NCBI GenBank assembly: GCA_002633005.1
Contig: NMRA01000635.1
Coordinates: 174,344 to 238,343 of the forward strand
Length of the DNA: 64,000 nucleotides
Origin: Phoronis australis
Lineage: Eukaryota > Animalia > Phoronida
Direction of reading: 5' to 3'
Below, one piece after another: positions 24,301 to 35,193 of the stretch. The stretch's first letter is position 1; each line of letters starts with the position of its first letter. The notes below the pieces were generated by a model. It made no database searches, was not told where the DNA came from, and saw only the letters and a list, made by a program, of their open reading frames with translations. The translations under genes and the position numbers were made by a program.

Positions 24301-27300
24301 TAGACATATTTTTCACTTAATTACAGCTTTTCGTAATTTTATTAATTACTCGTCCGCTTTTCCGGAAGTGACGTTTTAGGAGGCAAGCGCTTCCCGCCAA
24401 TTTCTTTTCACATAGTCTGACTGTGAGAGCTGCNNNNNNNNNNNNNNNNNNNNNNNNNNNNNNNNNNNNNNNNNNNNNNNNNNNNNNNNNNNNNNNNNNN
24501 NNNNNNNNNNNNNNNNNNNNNNNNNNNNNNNNNNNNNNNNNNNNNNNNNNNNNNNNNNNNNNNNNNNNNNNNNNNNNNNNNNNNNNNNNNNNNNNNNNNN
24601 NNNNNNNNNNNNNNNNNNNNNNNNNNNNNNNNNNNNNNNNNNNNNNNNNNNNNNNNNNNNNNNNNNNNNNNNNNNNNNNNNNNNNNNNNNNNNNNNNNNN
24701 NNNNNNNNNNNNNNNNNNNNNNNNNNNNNNNNNNNNNNNNNNNNNNNNNNNNNNNNNNNNNNNNNNNNNNNNNNNNNNNNNNNNNNNNNNNNNNNNNNNN
24801 NNNNNNNNNNNNNNNNNNNNNNNNNNNNNNNNNNNNNNNNNNNNNNNNNNNNNNNNNNNNNNNNNNNNNNNNNNNNNNNNNNNNNNNNNNNNNNNNNNNN
24901 NNNNNNNNNNNNNNNNNNNNNNNNNNNNNNNNNNNNNNNNNNNNNNNNNNNNNNNNNNNNNNNNNNNNNNNNNNNNNNNNNNNNNNNNNNNNNNNNNNNN
25001 NNNNNNNNNNNNNNNNNNNNNNNNNNNNNNNNNNNNNNNNNNNNNNNNNNNNNNNNNNNNNNNNNNNNNNNNNNNNNNNNNNNNNNNNNNNNNNNNNNNN
25101 NNNNNNNNNNNNNNNNNNNNNNNNNNNNNNNNNNNNNNNNNNNNNNNNNNNNNNNNNNNNNNNNNNNNNNNNNNNNNNNNNNNNNNNNNNNNNNNNNNNN
25201 NNNNNNNNNNNNNNNNNNNNNNNNNNNNNNNNNNNNNNNNNNNNNNNNNNNNNNNNNNNNNNNNNNNNNNNNNNNNNNNNNNNNNNNNNNNNNNNNNNNN
25301 NNNNNNNNNNNNNNNNNNNNNNNNNNNNNNNNNNNNNNNNNNNNNNNNNNNNNNNNNNNNNNNNNNNNNNNNNNNNNNNNNNNNNNNNNNNNNNNNNNNN
25401 NNNNNNNNNNNNNNNNNNNNNNNNNNACTGGGTGTCGAACTGGGCCTGTAATCACTCCCACTACTCAATATCGCTGCAGGGCTGCTTAGAGGCTCTGGGC
25501 TGGAGAAAACAGCACAGGGCGAATCACTACTGGTTCCAGGAATTGCACGCTCTGGGGTACGTTCGGAGGCACGGGTGACAGTAGATGAAGTGCCTCCACT
25601 GGCTCCAGTCACTGTACTGGCCACAGCTCGCGAGGCTTCTCGCTTCAAAAACGCACTTCTCGGGGGTGGCGACGGGGCACTGCCGGGAATCAACACAGAC
25701 GGAATGGCATCCTTCTTCAAGCGTTGTTTCGCAGGGATCTTCATCAGTTCAGCATACAAATCCCTTTCGTAATCGGACGGCAGAAAGTGCTTGCCACACA
25801 CACGGTAATTCTCCACTGCTTTGTACGTTGCGTGGACGGGTAACGCTGCGTTCTTCACACGAATGAGCCAAGTACGGCGAAGTGTGTCATCCATCTGAAA
25901 GCGATGCACAGGTACTCCCAAAGCGCGCGTGAGCCGATAATTACTACATCCCGGTACGCAGCAACAGTGTGGCATGTTGACTGACTAGTAAATGAAAGCG
26001 AACGACGACGGAACTTAACACAATCGAGGTAGAACAATGACTGACTTGGCAGCTCTCACAGTCAGACTATGTGAAAAGAATTTGGCAGGAAGCGCTTGCC
26101 TCCTAAAACGTCACTTCCGGAAAAGCGGACGAATAATTAATAAAATTACGAAAAGCTGTAATTAAGTGAAAAATATGTCTAGGATAACCAACCAACCTTA
26201 TTTTAGCTCAAAATGACATGGAAAAAGGTTGCCTTCGCCTTTAAGTAAAATATGAGAAATGGTTGTTGTCGTCAGTGTTGTGGAAACTTGTTTGTAAAGT
26301 GTAAAATTTTAATTTTGGTTTTATAAGTAGACTTTTTCACTAATAATTTCCACAAACACTGTGACTTCACCTGAGGTTTGAGTACTTAATAAAGCTTATC
26401 CACACTCATTCATACAAGTCAAAGAAATTGTTGAGAACATGTGTTGTGACCTGAAATTCTTATACTGAGAAAATAACTTGTTTTTGTAGGAGAGTTCACC
26501 TCTGAAAGGAGGGCGGGGTCATGCTAGCCTGGTACTCAAGTGTCAACTGTGTTCAAGGGAAAATTCAATAGGTTGTTGGTTGATTTTATGGAAATGTTGC
26601 TAGGATACAATATTCTGATATTTGTATGTTGATAAACAACTTTCACAACATGATACAGTTGTGTGTTATTTGTATGTTTAACAACTTTCCCAATAAACAT
26701 AGTTTTCTTGAGGCATGAGCTAAAAGGTATGATTACAGACAGTGAGTGCTGCAAATATAATTTCTGTGTCACACTGGCCTTTATCCAGGATTTCGAAAAT
26801 AGGGTGTCCAAAATGGGGTTCCCAATATTCCAGGGCGTCCATGACTCCGATGCCTAACCCCCCACCCCCAGCAATCCCCCCAAATACACAGATTTTTTTA
26901 CAAAAAATGCATAGACCAAGGTTCTTACATCTAATAAACAGCCTTCTGTAGTGATCATTTTTACTAAAAAAATGTATACCAAGACTTTTACAATGCTGTC
27001 AACCAGGGCCCAGTTGCATAAAAGTTATACGCCGAATAACAACAATGACGTCGCATTATCACGCTTCACGTTGTTATTGTTGAACAATGCACCAGACGTC
27101 ACGCAACAATCAAACTTATCCAGCGGATAACATTTGAAGCTTTATGCAACCCAGCCCAGGTGTGCATATTTCTTCCTGCTTTGAAAAAAGAGCCCCCATT
27201 GTGAGCCTTCAGAGGCTTCCTAGTATTCATTACAATGTGTGAGTCCAAACTTGAAAGGTTCCTATTGACAGTGAGCGTCCAAATGATACTTTGGGCGTCC

Positions 27301-30300
27301 TTGCCAGGGCTTCCAGATTAGTGCTGCATAAAGGCCTGGTGACAGATTCTCGGGTGTTTATTGAAACANGCATAGACCAAGGTTCTTACATCTAATAAAC
27401 AGCCTTCTGTAGTGAGCATTTTTACTAAAAAAATGTATACCAAGACTTTTACAATGCTATCAACCAGGTGTGCATATTTCTTCCTGCTTTGAAAAAAGAG
27501 CCCCCATTGCGAGCCTTCAGAGGCTTCCTAGTATTCATTACAATGTGTGAGTCCAAACTTGAAAGGTTCCTATTGACAGTGAGCGTCTAAATGATACTTT
27601 GGGCGTCCTTGCCAGGGCTTCCAGATTAGTGCTGCATAAAGGCCTGGTGACAGATTCTCGGGTGTTTATTGAAACAATTTAGCATTAAAATTTTTTTGCT
27701 TTTCAGATATCATGGCTGAGAGTATAAAGCCATACACTGCAGAGCATAGTGAACAGTTGAGCTGCATGGTGACATTTGATTGTCGTGGTGTGGAACCCAC
27801 AGATTTCTCACCAAGGGTGAGCTACTATATTATACTTTACAGTTATGTTATAGTTTTGAGCTTACTGCACAGTTCTGTTATAGTTTTGAGCTAGTAATAT
27901 ACAGCTAGTAATATACAGTACAGTTCTGTTATCTATAGCTTTGAACTGTAATTATACTGTACAGTTCTGTTATAGGTTTGAGCTAGTAATATACAGCTAG
28001 TAATATACAGCTAGTAATATACAGCTAGTAATATACAGCTAGTAATATACAGCTAGTAATATACAGTACAGTTCTGTTATCTATAGCTTTGAACTGTAAT
28101 TATACTGTACAGTTCTGTTATAGTTTTGAACTGGTATTATATTGTATGGCTGCACCTGAAACTGCACCTCGTATAGAGTTAGGCTTATGCTCCTAAGTGC
28201 AAAACACTTAAAAAACAAGGAGCTAGGTTCAAAATCACGTTTGAGTGAAGCTTTCCTAAGCCATTGCAAAGCGATTGATGTTGACTATGGAAAGTACTCA
28301 ATAGAAAAATGGACAAAAAGATAGAAAGCAAATACCGACTTTTTGAAAAGACATTTATGATTTTATAGGTATACGGGCCTTAATACATTTGTATATAGTA
28401 TGGTACATTGTGCAGCACAAGGTGTATATAGTATGGTACATTGTGCAGCACAAGGTGTATATAGTATGGTGCATTATGCAGTTCAAGGTGTATATAGTAT
28501 GGTACATTGTGCAGTTCAAGGTGTATATAGTATGGTACATTGTGCAGTTCAAGGTGTATATAGTATGGTACATTGTGCAGTTCAAGGTGTATATAGTATG
28601 GTACATTGTGCAGTTCAAGGTGTATATAGTATGGTACATTGTGCAGTTCAAGGTGTATATAGTATGGTACATTGTGCAGTTCAAGGTGTATATAGTATGG
28701 TACATTGTGCAGTTCAAGGTGTATATAGTATGGTACATTGTGCAGTTCAAGGTGTATATAGTATGGTACATTGTGCAGTTCAAGGTGTATATAGTATGGT
28801 ACATTGTGCAGTTCAAGGTGTATATAGTATGGTACATTGTGCAGTTCAAGGTGTATATAGTATGGTACATTGTGCAGTTCAAGGTGTATATAGTATGGTA
28901 CATTGTGCAGTTCAAGGTGTATATAGTATGGTACATTGTGCAGCTCAAGGTGTATATAGTATGGTACATTGTGCAGCTCAAGGTGTATATAGTATGGTAC
29001 ATTGTGCAGCTCAAGGTGTATATAGTATGGTACATTGTGCAGCTCAAGGTGTATATAGTATGGTACATTGTGCAGCTCAAGGTGTATGTAGTATGGTACA
29101 TTGTGCAGCACAACGTGTATATAGTACGGTACATTGTGCAGCACAAGGTGTATATAGTACGGTACATTGTGCAGCACAAGGTGTATATAGTATGGTACAT
29201 TGTGCAGCACAAGGTGTATATAGTATGGTACATTGTGCAGCTCAAGGTGTATATAGTATGGTACATTGTGCAGCTCAAGGTGTATATAGTACGGTACATT
29301 GTGCAGTTCAAGGTGTATGTAGTACGGTACATTGTGCAGTTCAAGGTGTATGTAGTACAGTACATTGTGCAGTTCAAGGTGTATATAGTACGGTACATTG
29401 TGCAGTTCAAGGTGTATATAGTACGGTACATTGTGCAGTTCAAGGTGTATATAGTATGGTACATTGTGCAGTTCAAGGTGTATATAGTATGGTACATTGT
29501 AGAGTACAGTATAAGCCCAAAAGAATCAGACAAAGTACTGTTTCCCCATCATGACAGGTCGCTATAGCAACTCACATGGTGAATTTGGCTTAAACTCAGT
29601 TGTCATGACAGAGATTCTGGGTAATTTGTTTTGTGTAGTGCAACTGTTATGCCAGGCGACCCCTACTGACATCTCAACATCTAAAGGCCACTCTGCAATC
29701 CTAGATCCTTCAAATAGGCATACAGTAGTAATTGTAATCAGCATATAAACTGCAGTTGTGTGCTAATAGGTGCCAGTTAGCTGCCAACTCAAACAACTAT
29801 TTCCACTACAAGATTCACTGCTTTTGAAGCCCAAAGGACATGGTAATGAACTGTCTGCAGACAGCAACTTGAGAGGCATGGCAACTGTTATGTATGCAAT
29901 GATGAATGGAATTTCAGGAAGAACCACTGGCGACTCCTTTTGCACTCCTATTTCACATGGCTATGAAACGTGTTTGAAAATACCCCTCTATAGACTCTAT
30001 TCACGCGGCGGACATTAAAATCCAAAACGAGGCTCTTTGCGATAAACAAAGCGGAAATTTACATTGCGCGAGTTAAATGGCCGGTCTGTGGAGTCCAACC
30101 TGAATATTATATCTTAAAAAATGTGTCAATAATTAACCCCAGAGACGTGGAAAAATACAGTTAAAGAACAAGTCAATGCACCAAAGAGTTGTCTGACCAA
30201 AGGATATAGGATTTTTTTTTGCGGGAAACTAGTAGGTTCGAAACATGAAAAGTAAACATGACCAAATTGCGGCGATCGTAGTGTTACGGATTAGGTATAA

Positions 30301-33300
30301 TGCTGAATGCAGGGTTACGTTTCTTATGATAAATTCTTGATAAAAATGCTTTCTACATGGACCAGGTCATCTGGTCGCGCATTATTGACGAGTTTAAGAT
30401 ATATTCGACTGGTGGCTCATAGAATTTTGCTGTCATGTGCAATTAGTCTCAACTGGTTTAATTTGTTGATCAAGAGTAGGCCTATTAGCTTCAGGCATAG
30501 CCTAGGTCCTGGTGAGTTAGGCACTACCGAGGCTTACAGTTGATTTGTCATTGATCTGAAATAATACTTGATGTTATTAAATATATATTTTGATTACGAT
30601 AAAAAACTAGGCTCGCAATTGAAAATAAAAATTATATGACCTTCAATTCTGCTTTCTTGGTTTTAATAATTACGTCTATTTCACGTGTTATATTTTTCAA
30701 ATATCAATCTCGACCAAGTTGAATTTTAAAATTAAAACATCTAATTCTTTCGTCCAAAACATATCCTTGTTTTATAGCTCAATTTCAGTTAACTGGACAG
30801 AACACAGTGGCGGATTTAGAGGGGAGCCAAGGGGCTATGCCCCAGCCCCCCCCAAAATTCTTCCAGATTCCATTTGGCAGTTCAGGAGTGCGAATTTCTT
30901 ATGTGCAAAATCCTGGCTAATACTTTGCCTTGCCCCCCCCCCTAACTCAAAGTCCTGGATCCCCCCTGGAACAAGCATAGTTATCATGTTTCTTCAGAGG
31001 CCTCGTTCATATCCGAGGGGAAATGTGCCTCATGTACTGTGCGGCCTTCTGAGAGGGGAACGTTTCCCCGAGTGACGGGTCAGTGAAAACTCTACTGACC
31101 TCCGGATCACCATCAATAGCACCCCGCCCTTTTGCAAGCTCTCATAGCTCTGTCTCAAGTAGCATTTTCAGTGGCTGATCTAGGATACCATATAGGCCTA
31201 GTGAGGGGGGGCGACATCCTCGGAGAAGCGGGCAAAGCGCGATTGTATGCACGCAGGCGGCCCGGAAGTTGCGGGCGCCGAGGATGTATACCTTCTGCTC
31301 AGGAAATCTGTCGTTGGGCTAATTTTCAATCACAAAGGGNGGACTAAAAAAAAAACGGAACGTGTTTTTCCCCCTCGTCCACTACCGGTCCTAGATCGAA
31401 CTCAGCCAAGTTTCCTCCCGCTTCACGTTTTGCTGGTTTATTTTGCTTGCGGGAGTCAAGGGGGGGGGACGGGCCCCTGCCCCCTCCTCTTAAATCCGCC
31501 TATGATTTTGTACTTTTCAAAGTGTCACCTCTGTGGTCACAGGTAATTTAAACCGTTCGAGAGAAATTTTCAATCACAAAGGGGATTTTTAGGCCTCGTG
31601 GCCGGGAATTTCGCGTGATTTTTCAATACTTTTGAGATGGGAATAGGGCCGATATTTGGCCCCAAAAATTCAGGGATTGAGGGCCCTGTCCTTTTTGTAA
31701 AGAAAAATGCATCGCGCTTCAACCCATAGTCATGAAAACACAGCCTGGCTGGGCCTTCGTTGCTATAACGGCATCTAGTCCGAGATGCGACAAATTATGA
31801 TTCGAAAACAGTTATTAATTAATTTTACGCGGACATATTTTCCTTCGTCGCGGCGTATGGCAAGGACCCAACGCTTTCGAATCCCAACGTCCTTAGGGGT
31901 TGTAAAACAGAGTGTCCGTATTTTTTCTACCTGTTCGAGCAACGCGGAGTACATCAACTACGCGGATAAGCCACCAGAGCTATCGTAGCGAGCCTCGTTT
32001 TGGAATGCGCCTCCTGTCGGCGTGAATAGGGTCTATACATCAACCGTTTCTTATAATATTTAATTAAAGGTGTCTCACTATGGAGAGGTACCCTGCATCT
32101 CACCAGGTGGCAGCAGGAGTCGTTGATGTTACATGACTAGTTGCCATGGCAACTTTGCTTTTGGTGTACTTCTCCATGATTGTCTGTTGTTCAAAAGTTG
32201 TATTGTTAGAGCTGTTTAAAATTATTTTATGACATGATGGTAAATCAAGGCCAGGGGCCTGTTCCAAGAAACTAACTTAAGTTCATTTTTGATTTAAGTC
32301 TAAGATTTGTCCTAAGTTCCAAACTTTGAAACTTCCATAAAGTTAGTCAAAATTAAGACAAAATTTAGGTCATACACTTATGTCAAACTTAAGATCTCTT
32401 CCTTGAATTGGTTTTGAGACAAATCTAAGTTTTATTTTAAAATTTACTAAAATTTAAGATTTGTCTTAGCTAAATCAGTTTCGTTGGAACGGGCCCCTGC
32501 TCTGAATATTATGACTTCATATTGTTCTTGTAAAGTTATTTTACTGTTGTTCAAGAAGCAAAACTTGGAAGTCTCAAGGTAAAAATGTTTCATAATTGGA
32601 TTTTAAGCCTTTTAAATTACTAAATGCTTTATACTGTTTGACACCCTTCAGGTTGGCTTCGCCGCTGAAAGTACAGAGTCTTCAACACAGTTTCCAGAAG
32701 TGGATTTGACAGAAAAGGTTGGCGTGTTTTGTGTTTTGACTGAATAAAATACTCCGTACTTTCTTAAGAATTTTGACACACTTTGTCTATCTTCATTAAG
32801 GTTATGGCAAATAGAAGGAAATTGGAAGAAAATTTAAGATTAGCCAAAAATTGTTGCTCTGAAGTTTTGGTAAACATTTAGCTAGTCAGCATGCCTGCTG
32901 TGGCCACATCACGTGACCTAATGAATATGAGTCTGAGAAGATTTCTGCCCCAACTGGGATCCAGAACTCAGGACCTTCTCAGTTCTGCTAACCACACAGC
33001 CATGACTACCGATCGCATACAGAAATCCAGACAACGTAGTAGCAGGGCATGTCGCCGTTGAAGTTTTGTCAATTTTTCAACTAGGAGGTAATAACTTCAT
33101 ATTTTGTCCTGCACTGTCCTCATTTTTATGCGCCCACTTATTTATATGTAGTCGTATATTGCGGTTATCTCTGTGTGGGCGTAAGTTGTCTGGCATCCGC
33201 AGCTGTATCTCCTAAACCCCACACAGGATCTTGATGAGATTTGGCAAATGTGTTCCTATGAAGCTGACGACGGATGACAACAAATTTCGGACCTCTTCGA

Positions 33301-35193
33301 GTAGTGGTGTGCCTCCTAGTTGCAATTTTACTTTTTTTACGCTGTATCCTCGGAGGTCCTCAACAGATTTTCATAAAATTTGACAGTTAGGTATCTGCCC
33401 TTCTATCTACCAAACTGCTTAAGGGATGATTTTGAAAATTGGTATTTATGTTCGTACTATGAAAAGGGTTCATGATGATTTTCCAACGACTTCGACTACT
33501 GTGGCGCCTTCTAGTGGCAGTTTTGTTTGTTTTTGTGCCCATGGCTGTATCTCCTTAACGCTCTGCAGGATCTTTATTGAATTTTGTTGGTCTTTTTAAA
33601 TGAAGTTGACAAAAGAGAACGACTTTCCGACATATTGGACTACTGGTGTGCCGCTAGTGGCAATATTTTAGTTTTTTACGTTTTTCACTGTATCTTCAAA
33701 TTTCATCAACGGATTTTCATAAAATTTGGCAGATAGGCATCTATTAGGGAGGTGACGCTATCTTCCAGTTTTGGGTTGAATTCGAGGCATTTTGTGCCAC
33801 CTGGTGGCCATTTTTACTGTTTTTGAGTCTCTTTTTTGAAATATGCCCGTCTGTCAACCAAACCACTCTAAGGATGATTGTGGAAATTGACATGTACGTT
33901 CCTAATGTGAAGAGGAGGGCTGATGATGATTTTCCAACGATCTCGACAACTGTGGCGCCTCCTAGTGGCAGTTTTTTAAGCTCATGGCTGCATTTTTTTA
34001 ACCCTCTGCAGGATCTTTATTAAATGTAACATCTGTATCGAGATGAACTTGACAACAAACGACGACTTTCGGATCGACCCGACTACTGATGTGCCCCTTA
34101 GTGGCAATTTTGGTTTTTTAATTTTCCTCGGTATCTTTAAAGGTCCTCAACGTATTGTCTTAAAATTTGGCAGATACGCATCTGTGAGTTGAAACTATCT
34201 TCCAGTTTGATTCCTTGTATTTTGCGCCACGTAGTGGCCTTTTTCCTGTTTTTGAGTCTTGTTATTGGGCGTCTGTGACTCTCTATCAACCAAACCACTT
34301 TAAGGATGGTTGTGGAAATTGGCATGTATGTTCCTAATGTGAAGAGGAAGTCTTTCGATGATTTTCTGACAACTTCATCTACTGTTGTGCCTCTTAGTGG
34401 CAGTCTTGTTTTTTTTGCGCCTATAGCGTCCCTAGTGGTTATTTCATTTTTTTCATTTTTCTTCGTTCCGTGACAGATTTTTATGAAATATGGTAAACGA
34501 CTTTGATGACACATACCAGATTTCGGATGGATTCGACATATTTTGTGCCATCTTGTGGCCATTGTTATGTTCTAAATAAATACCCCTAGAAGCACACTGT
34601 TTGTGGTGCATTCGTGGGCGCATTTGTATGTAAAACCTTCTACTATAGATGGCTCACAGTCAGTGTCAAGGATTACCCACTTCATGGCCGAGTTCCTGTG
34701 CCTTTTTGAGAGGGCAATTTTTTCAGCTGAAGGAAACGTTATGGCCTTTATCACTCCTTTGCATTATTTTGCTTAGAGTGAACCACAGGATTTTTTCATG
34801 GAAATGGGATTAACCTAAGCAGTGGTGCACTCTGGTGTACGATGAATGACTTTCCTTGCTTAATACTAATAAAACATTCTGAATCCGAGGTTGCGTGCAA
34901 GTTAGAAGCGATTCTAACTTTGAAAGTCATAATTGTTTAGTCACTAGAGGGATTTTCTGGATCTATTGAGGGGAATTTTTTGGTCACTAGAGGGAGTTTA
35001 TGGATCTGTTGAGGGGAATTTCGCGTGTCTTTTCAACATTTTTCAAAAACGTGGAGGGCCCACCTGGTGACATGTTATTCCTGTTACTGTCATTATGTTG
35101 TTCTATTATCCATAGGAATGGTGCGACTATGATGAGAAAGCAGACACCGAGGTTGGAATTTACGAAGTGCAGTGGAAATTTGTGAAAGTGTGA
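9394..35193 (+). CDS. CZIB: CXXC motif-containing zinc-binding protein (C1orf123/UPF0587 family)
   Basis: Exons 16671-16754 (KIALQFKAQLVNVTNVTPVGEDFRWYLK), 17585-17641 (LKCVNCGE...), 26490-26571 (PLKGGRGHASLVLKCQLCSRENSI), 27707-27816 (...FDCRGVEPTDFSPR), 32652-32717 (VGFAAES...DLTEK) and 35116-35193 (EWCDYDEKADTEVGIYEVQWKFVKV*). GT-AG introns, phases consistent, two CxxC motifs. The first exon is tentative: ATGGTG|gtaagg at 9394-9399 gives the expected MV|K start; an alternative is 10537-10575. Confidence 0.92.
9709..10531. mobile_element. Non-autonomous Tc1/mariner (pogo/Tigger-like) element
   Basis: Inverted cores acctaattatcggacg (~9719) / cgtccgataattaggt (~10506); second inverted pair gaacctaaatatcggac / gtccgatatttaggttc; TA at both flanks. 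Confidence 0.7.
11445..13167. mobile_element. Non-autonomous hAT-like DNA transposon (~1.7 kb)
   Basis: 13-bp TIRs tagggtgagcaaa / tttgctcacccta; flanks tcatttag / tcattag (8-bp TSD with a one-T indel); no ORF. Confidence 0.75.
13825..14285. repeat. Minisatellite, 40-bp unit x~11 (left half of a split array)
   Basis: taggtccaaaccacattcttttggtgtagttgggttatca in tandem. Confidence 0.92.
14726..16225. mobile_element. Decayed Tc1/mariner (pogo-like) non-autonomous element
   Basis: Left end TA|ctgtattgaccctaatcaacgcccc matches the end at 58755. Internal 15240-15550 is homologous to 11150-11420. Right end degenerate. Confidence 0.45.
16230..16640. repeat. Minisatellite, 40/39-bp unit x~10 (right half of the split array)
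   Basis: Same unit as 13825-14285; ends about 30 bp before the CZIB exon acceptor at 16670. Confidence 0.92.
18036..19190 (-). mobile_element. Academ (AcademX-type) DNA transposon deletion derivative
   Basis: TAG-starting terminus at 18036; ~110-bp imperfect inverted repeats (18064-18175 vs 19085-19190). Minus-strand remnant LFTHDLKILESLPTQHAIFQHVKRALLAAAFISKQSL...PNPGQWGW followed by a decayed Cys cluster resembles the XPG/Cys8 C-terminus of Academ proteins. Confidence 0.65.
19337..19497. mobile_element. ~160-bp MITE with 5-bp TSD (hAT5-like)
   Basis: Ends cagtggcgaattt / gatcctcccctg; TSD tactg on both sides; same family as 30805 and 37859. Confidence 0.85.
20543..23060 (-). pseudogene. 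5'-truncated L2/Crack (CR1-group) LINE, reverse transcriptase pseudogene
   Basis: ORF 21604-23103 with RT motifs (NYRLISILPSISKILEK, QSGFRPLHST, FIDLRKAFD, GVPQGSILGPLLF); catalytic YADD mutated to YAAD; frameshift near 21630 into KLSLNVSKTK...FKYLG; C-terminal YSGPLLWNSLP; 3' stem-loop (20581-20625) and AATA-rich tail near 20545. Confidence 0.92.
24434..25426. other. Assembly gap (993 N)
   Basis: Run of N. Confidence 1.
25427..25975 (-). CDS. THAP zinc-finger domain protein (transposase N-terminus), runs into the assembly gap
   Basis: MPHCCCVPGC...VHRF...W...RVCGKHF...RLKKDAIPSV is a C2CH THAP motif with an AVPT-like box, followed by a Ser/Pro-rich linker; open up to the gap. Confidence 0.85.
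26774..27338. mobile_element. MITE (hAT-like ends)
   Basis: Imperfect TIRs ctggcctttatccag / ctgcataaaggcctg; internal gggcgtcc repeats; flanks gtcac / gtgac imperfect. Confidence 0.55.
27007..27156. mobile_element. PIF/Harbinger-type MITE, 150 bp
   Basis: TIRs ggcccagttgcataaa / tttatgcaacccagcc; 3-bp CAG TSD confirmed by the empty site in the adjacent duplicate (aaccaggtgtgc at ~27462). Confidence 0.88.
27840..28140. repeat. Compound minisatellite (14-bp gctagtaatataca plus longer duplicated blocks)
   Basis: Tandem units begin about 20 bp after the CZIB donor at 27817. Confidence 0.8.
28390..29500. repeat. Minisatellite, 33-bp unit x~33
   Basis: gtgtatatagtatggtacattgtgcagttcaag; variant units clustered in blocks. 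Source of four spurious long ORFs. Confidence 0.97.
30805..30968. mobile_element. ~160-bp MITE with 5-bp TSD (hAT5-like)
   Basis: cagtggcggattta ... ggatcccccctg; TSD gaaca on both sides. Confidence 0.85.
31169..31504. mobile_element. MITE with 5-bp TSD (hAT5-like), spans the N join at 31340
   Basis: Ends cagtggctgatcta / taaatccgcctatg; TSD atttt on both sides. Confidence 0.65.
32100..32153 (+). promoter_or_regulatory. Candidate intronic CTCF motif plus perfect RFX X-box
   Basis: tcaccaggtggcagca (32100-32115) and the palindrome gttgccatggcaac (32140-32153). Motif match only. Confidence 0.35.
32255..32496. mobile_element. PIF/Harbinger-type MITE
   Basis: TIRs gggcctgttccaa / ttggaacgggccc; CWG flanks (cag/ctg); AT-rich interior with repeated cttaag/ttaaga motifs. 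Confidence 0.7.
32880..33015 (-). mobile_element. tRNA-derived SINE remnant
   Basis: Minus strand shows an A-box-like tggctgtgtggtta and a B-box-like gagttctggatccc; no intact cloverleaf. Confidence 0.45.
33123..34630 (+). mobile_element. HINE/DINE-1-like element, copy B (uninterrupted, ~1.5 kb)
   Basis: subTIRs tttttatgcgcccac / gtgggcgcattt; 3' gcac...gtgc hairpin; internal A/B/C subunit array homologous to copy A. Confidence 0.75.

Larger units (their letters stand above)
24242..26240 (-). mobile_element. Kolobok-type DNA transposon with >=192-bp TIRs
   Basis: TIRs 24242-24433 and 26049-26240 (about 3 mismatches); AG...CT termini; TTAA TSD at 24238-24241 and 26241-26244; encodes an N-terminal THAP domain; interior hidden by an N gap. 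Confidence 0.85.
29992..32034 (-). mobile_element. ISL2EU (PIF/Harbinger-related) non-autonomous element with decayed THAP
   Basis: TIRs agactctattcacgc / gcgtgaatagggtct plus inverted subterminal ccaaaacgaggctc; AT flanks; minus-strand THAP remnant (CTPRCSN...PKDVGIRKRWVLAIRRDEGK) at ~31830-31975. Confidence 0.7.

Noticed and set aside
24317-25461. Long ORFs of 342-552 aa
   Set aside because: Their length comes from the N gap; only the THAP part (25427-25975) is real sequence.
28355-29567. Four long repetitive ORFs (276-392 aa) on both strands
   Set aside because: A 33-bp minisatellite open in several frames by chance, inside a CZIB intron.
32930-33010. tRNA gene
   Set aside because: Only degenerate A/B boxes are present; the anticodon arm and acceptor stem are missing, so it is treated as a SINE remnant.
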